DNA of 64,000 nucleotides from Paecilomyces variotii (lineage: Eukaryota). The first letter of the stretch is position 1; each line of letters opens with the position of its first letter. The stretch lies in NCBI GenBank assembly GCA_004022145.1, contig RCNU01000001.1; one strand, 5' to 3'. Position numbers and translations under genes: made by a program. Positions 10,867-24,665 of this stretch are shown here, in pieces. Below the pieces are notes generated by a model. The model was not told the origin of the DNA and did not search any database. It was given only the letters and a program-made list of their open reading frames with translations.

Positions 10867-13192
10867 ATCGACGGTTGGACTTCAAAAAAAAAAAAGGATT
10901 TGAAGGCAAACTTTCAGGACAAGGTTGGCGTCTTCCACAAAAAGAGATATCGACACTCAGTGCTCGCGGTGGTCAAGCGAAGGACTTCGAAAAAATTCCG
11001 GCTGGCGGAGTATTGGTAAATAGATACAACAAAGTCGACTGCAAAATAAAAAGGCAAGCCAAAGAAAATAGATCACGATCAACGTGATTTCCTTGCTGAG
11101 AGGAGAGCGAAGCCGCGAAGGGAGACTGGTGGGAGAATGAATGGAATCCCTCAAGAATGCAAAGCGGCACAAATAACTACCTCTGGCAGATTGAGAAGAA
11201 AGGAGAGAAGTGAACTGAGCAACTGAGCACGGAGTAGGAATGGAAGAAAACGGCCGGAAAGGCTTGGACATGAAGGGCTATTAAATGCCAAGACGATCAC
11301 ATCTCGAGAGAGTGGTATAGATCATGAAGCCTGCATGAAGCACATGGGATAGTGTGAAACCGGGCCTGGCGGGGGGGACTGTCGCAGGGTCCCGAGGGAG
11401 AAGAAAGGTTGGTAACACCATAATTAGTTCTCCGACAAACTTGGCAGATCGAGGAGCAAATCTGGAGGCCTTCTAGACAGATTAGGAGTGAGAACAGCCG
11501 CTCTATTTCCTGTCTGGGTGTGCTAGTTACTCCAAGCGCCCCAAGAGAGACACCATAGGAACCGAATGGGCGTGCCGTCTGACGATGAACGCCGCACCTT
11601 CGTCTGGGCTGATACACCCCAGAGTCCGAGCCACATCTGATCGATCGACGAACACTGGACACTACTGATGAGGCTCATAACCACCGACCCTTAATACCAG
11701 TCCTCGATCGCGAGGCGTTGCAGCGGTCGCGATGATCGTGACTGCATAGAGTAAATCGTAGAAGATAAGTTAGCTTACCATTTTCGCCTTCAATAGTTAA
11801 CTAGTCCCCGACAAGCAAGACCATCACCGAAACCTGGAACGAGATTATTTGCCTTTCATCATTTCTAGATGCACGGTATCGCAGATGTTTGTCAAGCGTA
11901 CCTTGTATTTAGACACTTTGTTTGGACGTAGCAGCTTCGATTGGGTGTTTTCCAAGCATGCCTAGACGCTATCTACATCGCCAAGGCCATCACCACTATC
12001 AAGGACGTCTACGTTTCGATCTGTGAACACTTCGCCAAATCAAGTCATGTCGGGCATTATGGCCTCTCGATATAGATGGGTTGTCTCATGCTCGAATACT
12101 CTAAACTGATCGGGACTGAAGGATTCTAAGTGCGGCAACGGTATGATTTCCTAGCCCAGCAGTCCAGCTGTTTCCAAATCTGTAGTGGCGCCTGTTGTGT
12201 AGCCCCTGATCATCCCAGGACAGGAAATCTGACAGCACATGTTCCATCCTCGAAAGCGACAGACGATTAGCACAGACCAGATTCGGCAATATGAATAATC
12301 GGGGCACCCTTCGGGATATCCCGCCCACGCTGGGTTGGAGGATTTTCTCCTATTATCGTCGAGCGAGACCGGAAAGCTCGGCCAGTCGACGTTTCGGATT
12401 CTCGGACAGGATGTCGACTGCCCTATATCACATCGTCTATAGTTACCTGCGTTTCTGGAAGTGGCGGCTTAGAAAGCAGATACTGCACAACCGGTCCCTT
12501 TTTATGGATGCCGCTGGTACTTGCTCTGTCCCATCTGAACCGATGAGACAGGTTTTTCCTAGAGAGGAAACTCGAAGTCGCTGAGGGAAATTTTGTCAGT
12601 GATCCCGCGAGTAGGACACAAAGCTGACGTAGATAACCGACCCTGCCACGGCAATGTCGGCTATTTTCTAGAAGAACCCTCTCTGTCTCGCGTTAACACT
12701 CGAGTGACCGCAGCATGGAGGACAATGCATGGACTCCTTCAGCATGGAATCGCCCTGGATATCGGACCCAGACGTATAAGCAGTTAGGGATGGAGTATCA
12801 GAAATCAATTGCCTCACTGTGTTTTCCTAGACAGGCGAGAGGTCGACGCCCTTGTCCAAAAGAAGAAAAGCAAATCTGCGTTGCTTCTTCTCCAGGGAAA
12901 TGTATCATGTCTATTGCCCTCGATGACAACATGAATTGTTGAAAACCAAAAACCAAAAGGAAAGGAACAAAGATAGTAAGAGCAGAGAAAGTGAGTTGAA
13001 AATACCATTGCCGCATAGACTGTCAAGAGACAATATTAGTGACGATAATAAATAGTCCTTCAGAACGAATTCCGTCCGCCATTGACCGGTGGGAAAGCCC
13101 TCATGCAGGCCACAGTGATGCTTGAAGACAATTGATATACCAATAAACAAACGATGGCAATTTCACAAGAAAGAGTACAAGCATAGATGGCA

Positions 13193-14277
13193 CTACAAGA
13201 TTGATCGAAGTAATTTGCCCTCGGTAACAAAGACTGCTTTTCCGGATAGTGTCACAGACGCTACTTTGTCTCCGTTCTCATTCAGTACAACTTCAACGCA
13301 GATCTGGCTTGGTCGGCCCATTTCGACGCCTTGTTCGAAAGCAAAGATGTGTCTGGATCCTTTGCCGCCCTTGTGCAGAGCCATATAACAGGCGATAGTG
13401 CTACACGCAGCACCGGATGCTGGATCTTCAGCACCATCTGCAATCATTCGAACGCGTATTCGGTTGATGTGAGGCTCTTCTCTTGAATCGGGGTCAAGCT
13501 GCACGTAATAGACACAGCCGCGATATGAGGATCCCCAACCATCATCCAGGTAGGCCTCCGGCGCGTCGCCCACCTTCAAGCTCTTCAGTAAAGAGGGCTT
13601 GTTTGTGAAGTCGACGAGGGTGAAAGCCAGGCCCTTGACAAACGAAACCAGCGGAAAGGAACCTTCCATTTCGGCGACATCTCTGTTTTTCCGAAGGTTT
13701 GGTTGGACCGCCAGAACGTTGTCTGACGGTGTCTCCCTTTGATGGATGTGGACACCATGCGGCACCTCTGCTGCTGCAACCTGTCGACGAGGGTCGAAAA
13801 AAATCGGAATGCGACCCGCTTTCGTTAGTAACGTCGAGGTCCAAGGCCCTTCCTCGTTGGCAATGTGGTGTTCATGATCCAATTCCCGAAAGATGTAATG
13901 GGCGGCCCCGATCACCGCCTGACCGTCGAAACTCAGTTCTTCGTTCCGACTGTAGATATCCAACCTTCGCGAGGCACCCGGTTCTGTATCATGCAGGAAG
14001 GCCGTCTCCGCTAGATTGAACTCCCTTGCGATTTGCTGTTTTCTTTCCCGCGGTAGGGCGTCATTCCTGGTGCTTACAATAGCTAGCTGGTGACCACGAT
14101 ATCTAGACAGATAACTAACGTTAATATTGATGCTTAGTGATAGATAGTTCGTAACTATTGGGAAGTTATACTTCTCTGAGGTAAAAACATCGGCGGTCAC
14201 TGCGGTTGGTCAGATCGTCTGAAGATCGTAAGCCAGAGGCTGATCTACTTACCAAAAGTGAATGGTCCGGAAGCCAT
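13193..14277 (-). CDS. PhzF/PhzC (phenazine biosynthesis-like, DAP epimerase fold) family protein
   Basis: Introns 14252-14200 and 14171-14103 give MASGPFTFVTADVFTSEKYRGHQLAIV; motifs IAREFNLAETAF, EDPASGAAC, EQGVEMGRPSQI, VTLSGKAVFVTEG. Confidence 0.85.
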
Positions 14278-17067
14278 AAGGGCAACGGAATCAGCTTCCG
14301 CTAAACAAGCTTGAAGCGGTGGGCGTAGACTGGCTGGTTGGCTGCTAATGCAGCTTAGGCGCAAGGCCGTTAGCGATCGCGAAGTCAGTTGATCGGAACG
14401 CGATCTTCTGTGCAGTGTAATTATTGGCGATCGGCAACGTTGACGACTCGAAAATGGTGAACCAGGCGTTCAGCAAGGGCGACAACTGCCAGAGGATGGA
14501 TTTGGATTTTGGATTACATCGAGAGATGTCGTGCGGAGAGACTGATCATTATAATTCAAGAAATGACGGTCGCAAGACATGGCCGTCATGTGCTCTGCCC
14601 GCCATCATGATGATTCATTGACCGCATCCGGGCACACAACTTGATCTTCTGCTGTGCGGATGGGCAGTCATATCACGCCACGATGTAGACCAGGAATGTT
14701 CGACTGGTCAGCCTCTGCTAGATGCAGCTGTGCCATCAATCAAAGATCCTGCTATCCAGCGCAAACGTGCTTGCATGCTGGGTGACCTCCATATCTACAT
14801 ATGTTACTTACTTCTTGACTCTACGTCCCTCTTAAAGAAGGTCTATCTACCAGAGAACTTCCCGCCGGAATCTCCGCAGAGACCAGAGCCTCTACCATGG
14901 TGCCTGCAGGGGCGAACAGCGGAAGACTCCGTAACTTAAAAAGAATCTGGCCAGTGCTGTAAATAGAAGCCGTCGAGACTCGAGAGTCGAGAGCGATTGA
15001 GAAGCCCCACTGGCTCAGCCTCTATCTAGAGAACAACTGCATGGCGTTCGTCTGCACGCATCATGACACGAGACTAAAAAAGACGATCGCGTATCGCGCA
15101 GCTCCGTGTGAAAAGAGAGAAGTCGCTCTATCTATTCTCGACCCAACACGCTATCGCAGGCTCAGAATCATGAACTAACAACTGCCGTCGAATGTGATAG
15201 TATGACTGCCACGGCAAATTGGTTGATAACGTCCCTTAATAATAATTGGTGGCTGCTATTGTTTCTTCAACAGGTCATAACTTTCGTAGATTTCTTTGTC
15301 GAGACCCGAATCTGGGCTCGCGATGTTTGCCTTCAAAGTGACTAACCTAGCAGGGCTGACAGAGCGTCCGCATGAAGCTGCTTTGCTAACACTACAACCC
15401 CCGAGATGGAGGGTGAGAAGTTGATACTTCATATCTCCCGGAGGATTGTGAGACACATCCTTGGCGGTCTCCCCTTGCGAACTGCAGGACACAGGAGGCC
15501 GTGGATGTCCGCGAGGGAGTGCGTCGGAGATATATCATCTGTGACTGCAAGGATCGGTAAGATTCGCTTGCTTTCCCCGGGACTGAACGCCGAGATGTGA
15601 TCGACGAAACGGCTCAAGCCATCCGACCCTCTGACGCGTGAGTTGGCTGAGCAAACTCCCGCGCGTCTGCCGATGGGACCTCGCTGACTGTTGACAGTTC
15701 CCGAATCGATTTACATAGATCGACTAACTTCTCAGGCGAGCGGGGAAGACAAGCAAGGGCCGGGTCTCGCCCGTCCTGGCCGTTCTATTCCGGAGGATGC
15801 GAACTGGATATTGTGTTTTCCGGCAGACTGGGCGGCCCAATAAGCGTCTGTCTACTAACGTGAAAGCTTCAACATCTAGGATCGGAATATCTCACGGTTG
15901 GGCGGAAGACCAGTTCCTGCCCCTAGCTTGAGGGCAATCAACGCCACTAGTTCTCCGAAGATTGAAAGACACGGCCTCGTGGATGCTGACTGGGTAGACG
16001 AGCAGTTATTTGATGGAGGTCGAATTCGCGACCAGGATTAACGGTTCGAGCAAACGCGTGCTCCCTGTAAAATCAGATGCGAGCGTAGGAGGGAACAAGA
16101 AGTTCAACTGTGCCCGGGCATGATCACCACCATAGAGTAACTACGTACTCTAGTCGATCCAGGAGTGTCGACGGCGCAGCGGGCCCGCTTCTGTGTCTGA
16201 AAAGATGGGATGGGAACAGCCGAGTCGGCCCTGTAGGAGGAGGAGGCAGTGTCTCCGCCAGGGAGTGGACTCGTGTGGGTTGGTTCAGACGGGGGATCCG
16301 TAGGAGTCAGTTCATAATCCGAATGCTAATAATAATAATAAATAAGTCGAGGGAGGCGAGACGCTTTGTTGTTTTCGTGCCGCTCGAGAAAACCTCTGTC
16401 CTGGACCGTCAGCGCTGTCTCCTCTCTTCAGCCTCTTGGATTGAGATAATAGAACGTCTTTCCCTTCAGCTGCGTGTACTCAGTGGATCTGCTCGTGCTA
16501 ATTTTTTGGTCGATCTTACTGCTTCAGTTCATCCCAAGGTCTTTGCGCGCGGGTTTCACTTTTTAGTTTGGGTCCGGCCCAGAATCCGTTCGTTCGGTAA
16601 CAGTCTGACCGTCTTGCTCACGTTCAGCTTCCCATCTATTATTGCCAGCAGATCTCCCGGCGAGATAGCAATTGGGCCCAAAGACAACTGCAGATATTAG
16701 TTGCTTGTGGTCCTTTGAATCAAACATCACCAGACAACTTTTAGAAAACTTGTGATCAGAAGATATAGGGGGCTGGGAATCCGCCAACTGCACACTGCGC
16801 GAGCAGAAAGACAGGGAAGATCAGCGAAGAAACAATAACATCAACCTTCATCGAAGAGCACATAACACACGTCAAAGGTTATGGCAGAGCTCTTTTTCGC
16901 CACCCTCACTGAACAGCACGCGTAATTACTGAAAGAAAGAAAAAAATAAATCATCATCTGCACTTCCCCGCACGCATTAACATCACTTGTTTTCTCCTCC
17001 ACAACTGTCAAAGACTCAATATCGACATTCATTTGCTTGTGATCATCGACCTTTCGAGATCTTCTCC

Positions 17068-18500
17068 ATGAGGATGGCGGACAAGGAGCGTTCTGGCAGT
17101 CTCTCTGAGGACTCTGCCTTGCCTTGGATTCTCGATCATTTCTTAAAATATCCCGGTTCTTACGAGATCCCATTGCGCACGATGTATGCTTTGAACTCGA
17201 CACCCAGCGCACAACCACAGCCACAGCCAACTTCACGACCGCCGACAGCATTCTCTCGCAGAGGTGCACAGTCGCCTCCTGCGAGGTCTCCGCCAGCTTC
17301 CCCAACCTCTCCTGGGTTTCCATCGGACGACAGAGCCTGCCCGGCTGCACAATTCAGAGCTCAGCTGTTGAGCCAGATATCTCGTTTGCCATCTCAGCCC
17401 TGCTCGCTGCCTCCAAGTTTCGTGACATCTTTCCTTCGTCGTTGCTTTAGTCCGAATATCGATGAGGTCGACTTCCCTCAGGCACTCACTGGCCTGGACT
17501 ATCTCAAAGACCTGGAGACACGCCGCAGAAAAGAGGTGTTTGCCGCCCTCAAAAGACTTGGCCTTGACCGCGATGATCTATGCAGCAAAGATGAGCTTGC
17601 GAAGAAATATCCTGGCGTGTTGCGCTGGCTCGAGTCCATCGAACAGAATGAGCGAAAAGTAGAGGCCCTGTACACTCAGGTTTATATTGGTCTGCGACGT
17701 TGGGTAGGTTGCAATTTCTCCAACTTGAATATCGATGATCTCCCCGGCTAACATAAGCGCAGACGCTGCTCAACGAGATGTTGACGGAACCATTCAGCAG
17801 GACAAACTGCATTGTCATGCTCAACACTCTCTTTCCGCCCGTCACAACGGCAACCATCCAGCCAACATCACAGCTGACGCCGAAGATCCTGCAGTCCCAA
17901 CGCGATGGTTTCTGGCGTTACATATCCGCGGTTGAGACCAATGGGAAGCAGATCCTTGACAAGGTCATCCAGCAAGGGGCCCGGGAGGGCGACGAGACCG
18001 GTTGGCCTCTTGTCCGCGATGCCTTGGACAAATATCTTCGACTTGCCAATTCTATGATCGACGAATGTAACGAGGTGAATGGCCGTGACAGCCTCGAAGA
18101 GGAGGATTGCTCTCGTAAGAGCCACAAGGGTCGGAAGGTAGATTCTGGAATCAGTTTCGGTTCCGCCGAACGACTTCCACCTGTCAGCACCAGCAGCAAC
18201 ACCGCAGCAGTCCTGGACAAGCCTCTTCCTCCATCGCCTACCTTTTCCAAGAAATCAGGCAGCTCCACCCTGGAAAGAATAGCCAAGGAGTTCCGCAAGA
18301 TGGGAGAAGGCAAGAGCCGCAGCCTCAAGAAGATGCGCTCCACAAGTGCTCTTAGTGACCGCCATGAGCCCTTGAACAGCAGTCAGAGTGATGCTCCGTT
18401 CTTCGACGCTGATGAGTTCAAGCGTAAGAGGATGATCTGGGAGGCCACGACCAAGAAGAAGGGATATCACTCGAAACAGGCCAGCACTCAGTCGCACTAA
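17068..18500 (+). CDS. Fungal hypothetical protein
   Basis: Two long ORFs joined in frame by intron 17704-17762 (..YIGLRRW|TLLNEM..); blocks YPGSYEIPLRTMY and SQPCSLPPSFVTSFLRRCF..VDFPQALTGLDYLKDLE look like conserved globular sequence; no domain recognised. Confidence 0.8.
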
Positions 18501-19379
18501 GCAGTGCATTCACTCCCCGCGTGGGGACTCTTGAATATGATTTGGAACACCTTGAACGCCTGGATGAGCTCAGGATAGACCAGTCATTGCCCACTTTTCA
18601 ATTCTTCGGTATTGAGCTCTTTCTTGATTGATTGTCATTATTACCGGCGGGGTTTGGCTGGATTGGCATGTATTCCCACTAGGTGTTTGGAAGGATCTGG
18701 CGTATGGAAGGAACTATGTCTGATACGAAAAAAAAAGGCACGATGATGATGCATTCCTTGATGATTTCTTTATTTTGTCTTTCACCTTTCCTTGATGGAC
18801 TTGTACATTGAAGGTCGTTCTCTGTGATTTTCTTTTCTCTCTGTTGCATATAGTTAGTGACTTAGAGTAGCTATTGATAGCCTGGAGTTCAATCAACTGA
18901 GCTACAAAAAGAACTGAGGACGTCTGGTATTCTTGTATCAAAGAATAACCATTAGCGTAAGCACATCTATTGAATCCAGTCACTCCACTATTATTGATGT
19001 CGCTCATTATTCAAACAGTAAATGGGTCGGAGGTCACCGCCCTGCGTCTTTGGCTGCTTCGCCCGGCGTAACTAACAAGTTAGTGCTGGAGCTCCGCTAT
19101 GGTTCGCGCTAATCGATAGGTGTCCAGATGAGCTATCTGGAGATCGTGTAAGACGCGAGCGACAACATCAATACTACAGAACCTTCACAAACTGAAACCC
19201 GCTTTCTGGAGTACAGGGCTGCATTAGCCGTGCTAGATTGGGGCTAATTGCCCGCAATGCTATATCCTCTGCTTACTCAATCGTGAGCGAAGAAAGCATA
19301 TACAATCGCTGCTCCTTTTGTTTAAGACCAGAGCAAGGAAGGGTCCTGAGAGAGGAGTCGTCCACGACACAGCACCACG

Positions 19380-22300
19380 ATGCTGACAGCTAGGCTCTGC
19401 CACCTGTGGCAGTCGAGCCTTCTGCTCATGACGATAGTCCTGCCTCTGCTGGCACAGGCAGGTCCATCAGTCAATGTTGCTCTCCAGGCGTCGTTCAATT
19501 CGGCGCCGTACCTTTTAGAACTCCTGTCAGTATGTCTGGTGTGATTTATAGAGATCCGGAGTCAATTGCTGATTTTTTGTGGATAGTGAGACAGCTGCAG
19601 AAGAAAACTCGACGTCCTATTTCCCCCTCCTTGACCGTATCGCTGAAGGCGCGTTTGAGCACTCCGTGACCGAGAAGGAGCTCTACGATCGTTTCTTAGA
19701 CGTCTTACAGAAAGATGGACACCTTGTAGGATCAGAGAGCTTGTCGTCATTCAAACTGGCCCTTTCGATCCGATCTGCGGCCCCCAGAATCGAGGCTCAT
19801 TACCAGTTCTACAATACTTCTGTCCAGCCGTCATTGGCAGTAGCCCAAGATGCTGCCTGTCCTGTCTGGGCGCATTCGGACGGAAAGCAATATTGTTCCT
19901 CTACTCTGGAGCGTGCTCAGCAAGGCGTTGATGGAGAGCTGTAAGTCTCCTGCTTACCGTACGCTTTACGGCCCATAACTAAGCTTGATATGCAGAGATC
20001 CCCGCGAGTTGCCGTTTGACCGAGTGCTTGGGGACATCTCTGCGCCGCCATCTATCCTCTACGCCGATATTACCTCGCCACTGTTCAACGAGTTTCATCT
20101 GAAGCTGAGCGCTTTAGCGAGGGACGGTCAGATTTCATACCGTGTTCGCTACCGACCTCCCCAGCATGCAGAGGCACGTCCCCTCTTCGTCTCCGGATAC
20201 GGCGTGGAGCTTGCTCTGAAGCGAACAGACTATATTGTCATCGATGATAGGGAGGCCGATCCGAAGGATCAAAAGATCTCCGCTGGCAAGAAAGCTTCTA
20301 TAGCGGGAATAGATGATCTGAAAGAAGAGTCGCCGGTCGATCTCAAGCCGCTGTCCGCCTCAGAGCTGTCAGGCTTAGGTCTGAGCGCTGCCAGTTTTAT
20401 AGTGAATAGCGCTGATCCATTGGAGACTTTCCTGAAGGTCACTGAGGATTTCCCCAAACATTCATCCGCAATTGCCGCCCATAATGCAACGACTGAATTC
20501 CTAAAAGAATTCCGCTCCAATCGTGCAGGGACTTTATCTCTACCTTCTGGGTACAATGTTATGTGGATCAACGGTGTCCAGATGGACCCACGACAGATTG
20601 ATGCTTTCTCGCTTCTAGAACACCTACGCAAGGAGAGAATGTTGATCACCCGGTTTAAGGACCTGGGTTTGTCCGCTCAGGATGCTGTTAATCTATTGTG
20701 GCATCCTGCCCTTGCTGAAGTGCAAACCACGGACGAGCCACAGCGTTATGACTATAGGGACAGTACTGAGGGTGGCAATGTAATCATTTGGTTGAATAAT
20801 ATCGAAAAGGACAAGAGATATGAAGGATGGCCAACTGCTCTGGTAGCGGTAAGGACTACTTTGCTGGTCCCTGTCATGCTCACTGGATTCTTGCTAATGA
20901 ATTGCATAGCTTCTCCAACACAGCCGTCCTGGTCAACTCCCCCCAGTCCGCCGGAATATCCACAATGTTGTGGTCCCCGTAGATTTGACTGATATCGACG
21001 ACATGCGGCTAGTCGTAGAGACCTTACAGATGTTCGTCAAGCGGAAGATACCAGTCCAGTTTGGCCTCGTGCCCACTGTCAATTCTCCAGATGCCATCTC
21101 TCAGCTTAAGATCGTACATTATCTTCACGATGCTTACGGTTTGGCTGCTACCCTGCAGTACTTGGAGGAGGTAAGCTCTTGGCAAACTCCAACTCATCGG
21201 ATAGTGGCTAATTTCAGAAGTCACTGTCAAAGAACCTAGCGTTACCAGATAAGTCTTCTTTCCAATCGGCTATCAAAGATCGGAAACTCCGCCCCGATGC
21301 AAAAGGGCTTTCCTTTGAAGATGTACAAGCAGACGAACTTGAAGACATTGTCTCACGCACGACTCGTTACCTCAAGCGACTTGATGCTCTGGACGGAAGA
21401 CCACCCACTTTCGTTAACGGCGCACCCGTAGCTCGTGACGAGAATTGGATGCAGGGTTTGACTATGCGCGTCAACAGGGATCTGCAAGCCATCTTGCAAG
21501 GTGTCTTTGAAGAGATCTTCGAGGAAGATGCATGGTTGGGAGAGTATTTCCTGTCTCAAGCAGCCGAGAGCCGAAACAAGTTGATTATCCCTGAAGACGC
21601 GAAAGATATCCGTATAGTCGACCTTGCTTCGGTATATGATAAGCACGAAGACAGCATCAGCGACCTTCCTCGCTGGAGCTCCACCAGTGGTCAAGGTCAC
21701 GCTCTGGAAAGTCTACATGTGATAGTCGTTGCCGATCTGGATACTCGCCCTGGCCTCGATCTACTGGCTACCATACTCAGGTTTCGAAGGTTACATCAAG
21801 AGGCCGAAATACTCTTCCTGCACAATCCTTCAGCGGGCTCGCAGCCAGATACTTCGGTCACGTTAACTAAGATTCTGCGAGACGGTAAGATAGACACTAC
21901 GGCACTAGTAGCAGATATTGAATCGGACAACCTCAAACGAGAAGTATCCGAAACTGAGGCGGATGAGATATCCAATTATTGGTCCGAGAAGCAGGTTCTC
22001 GCTGAAGCGCTTGGCTTTGAGCCAGGAGCGAGAGGTCTTGTCTTTAACGGCAGAGCCATCGGTCCAATTCCGAGTTCCGCAACATTGGCTGCCATGGACA
22101 TGGAGCAACTCTTGAAATATGAGAAGTCTAAACGCATAGAGCCTATTTCTAAGGCTGTCAAATCTCTTGGTGCCGAGTCGAAGTTGTCTGATCCGTCGAG
22201 CTTCGCCAAAGTCGTCTCGCTTGTGGCTCTGTCCTCGATACCGGACGTTCCAGAGGGCCTCTTCGACACAGGATCTATCGCGCGTCTCAACGTGTTCACG

Positions 22301-24109
22301 AAGTGGGAAGGCACTCATACTGCTATAACAACTTCAACCTCTGAGGACGCGTTGATAAATATAGTCGCTACTATCGATCCCACTTCTGAGACCGCTCAGA
22401 GATGGGTCCCGATTCTCAATGTTCTCTCAAAGATGGGCGGAGTGGATATGAAGATATTCCTGAACCCTAGGGAGCAGATTCAGGAGATCCCAATCAAGCG
22501 CTTCTATCGTCACGTTCTAGAAGCGGAACCTTCATTCAACAGTGATGGGTCTCTGGCGCGACCTGGAGCATCATTCTCTGGCCTGCCCGTCGAAGCTCTG
22601 CTAACTTTAGGCATGGACGTTCCCGCTCCCTGGTTGGTGGCGCCTAAGGAGTCTATCCACGATCTAGACAACATCAAGCTGAGCTCAGTCAAGGACGGCT
22701 CGGATGTGAATGCCATCTATGAGCTCAAGCACATCTTGATCGAGGGTCATTCTCGCGATACGACTACCCTCTCTCCCCCGAGAGGTGTTCAGCTTCTTTT
22801 GGGAACAAAGAATAACCCTTATTTTGCCGATACCATAATTATGGCCAATCTTGGTTACTTCCAATTCAAATCTCAGCCAGGATTGTGGAATATCGAGCTT
22901 AAACCCGGACGCAGCCAGCGCATTTTCAACCTCGACAGTGTTGGGAGTCTGGGATACACTCCCCAGCCTGGTGATGACAATAACGAAGTTGCCTTGCTAT
23001 CTTTCCGCGGCAAGACCCTCTTCCCTAGACTGTCTCGCAAGCCGGGTCACGAGGATGATGAAGTCCTTGACATCGGTCCAGCTCCCGGGTCTGCCATGGA
23101 TTATGTCTCCAAAGGCTTCAACTTCGCATCTAGTGTTCTATCCAGCGTTGGAGTGAAAAGCGGCTCGACGGAAAAGCATGCGGACATCAACATCTTCTCC
23201 GTTGCAAGCGGCCACCTTTACGAACGAATGCTGAATATCATGATGGTCTCCGTGATGCGGCACACCAAACATACAGTCAAATTCTGGTTCATTGAACAGT
23301 TCCTGTCTCCGTCCTTCAAATCTTTCCTTCCCCACCTGGCAGAGGAATATGGCTTCTCTTATGAGATGGTTGCTTACAAATGGCCGCATTGGCTACGAGG
23401 CCAGAGAGAGAAGCAACGGGAGATTTGGGGCTATAAGATCCTTTTCCTTGATGTACTCTTCCCTCTCTCCCTAGACAAGGTGATCTTCGTGGATGCAGAC
23501 CAGATCGTCCGCACTGACATGTATGACCTCGTTACTCTTGATCTGGAAGGGGCGCCTTATGGCTTCACCCCGATGTGCGACTCCCGCGAATCCATGGAGG
23601 GTTTCCGATTCTGGAAACAAGGCTACTGGAAGACCTTCCTTCGCGGCCAACCTTACCACATCTCCGCCCTCTACGTCGTCGACCTGAACCGTTTCCGCGC
23701 TCTCGCAGCCGGAGACCGTCTTCGTGGCCAGTATCAAGCTCTTTCCGCTGATCCAAACAGTCTGAGCAATCTCGACCAAGACCTGCCGAACAACATGCAG
23801 CATCACATCCCGATCAAGAGCCTCCCGCAAGAATGGCTGTGGTGCGAGACATGGTGCTCTGACGAGTCTCAGGCGCAAGCCAGGACCATTGACCTGTGCA
23901 ACAACCCGATGACCAAGGAGCCTAAACTAGACCGTGCCAGACGCCAAGTACCCGAATGGACGGAGTACGACGAGGAGGTGGCCTCACTGGCTAAGAGAAT
24001 CGCAGCTGAGAAGGAAAAAGAGCAAGCTTCCCGTGATGAAACACGGCCTGAAAACGAGGACGAGGACGAGGACGAGGACGAAGCAGCTTGGAAGAAAGAT
24101 GAATTATAG
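19380..24109 (+). CDS. UGGT: UDP-glucose:glycoprotein glucosyltransferase (UGGT/Kre5/Gpt1)
   Basis: Signal peptide; introns 19526-19586, 19941-19995, 20849-20909, 21171-~21220; GT24 domain INIFSVASGHLYER..FVDADQIVR..DQDLPN..WLWCETWC..DLCNNP; C-terminal KDEL. Confidence 0.97.
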
Positions 24110-24665
24110 AAATCTCGTTTAAGACTCACCGACCATTGTTATGTCCAGAGTGAAATTGCTCTTGTTTTTTTCCATGATGTATCATTCTGGATATAGAATG
24201 ACTGTTTAGCGTTTAGACGTATTTATATAGAAGCGTCATTTTTTAGGAGCTCATGAAAAATAAGAAAGATTTCAAGTCAAAAATAATTCACAAGGGAGCT
24301 AGATATGTAGGGTATCTCAAAGCTATCATTTCCCAAACAATACACAGCAATCATTACAATGCAGAAAAAGATGACCATCCCAGCTTTGCTTCGCGTGTTG
24401 AAAGAATAAGATTTACAGATCAGAAAAGATCCCCAGGGGATAGGATAGTTTGTTGGTTGAAGAAGGAAAAGAGAGAGAAGACAGACAAACGTTTCACAGT
24501 GAAATCGTACCCGGAATAGCGTACAGTCTGTGAAAAAATTCTCCCATAGCAAATATAACTGACTCAAACTTGTGAATGCTTGAAAGCTGGGAATGACATT
24601 GAAATCATGGAGTTCCAAATAGATGGATGAATGCTTTGACGGATGTCGCCCTAGATCCCTTTCGT

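Noticed and set aside
16110-16700. 196-aa ORF upstream of the hypothetical gene
   Set aside because: GTG start, runs through an AAT microsatellite and pyrimidine-rich leader-like sequence, no protein-like motifs.
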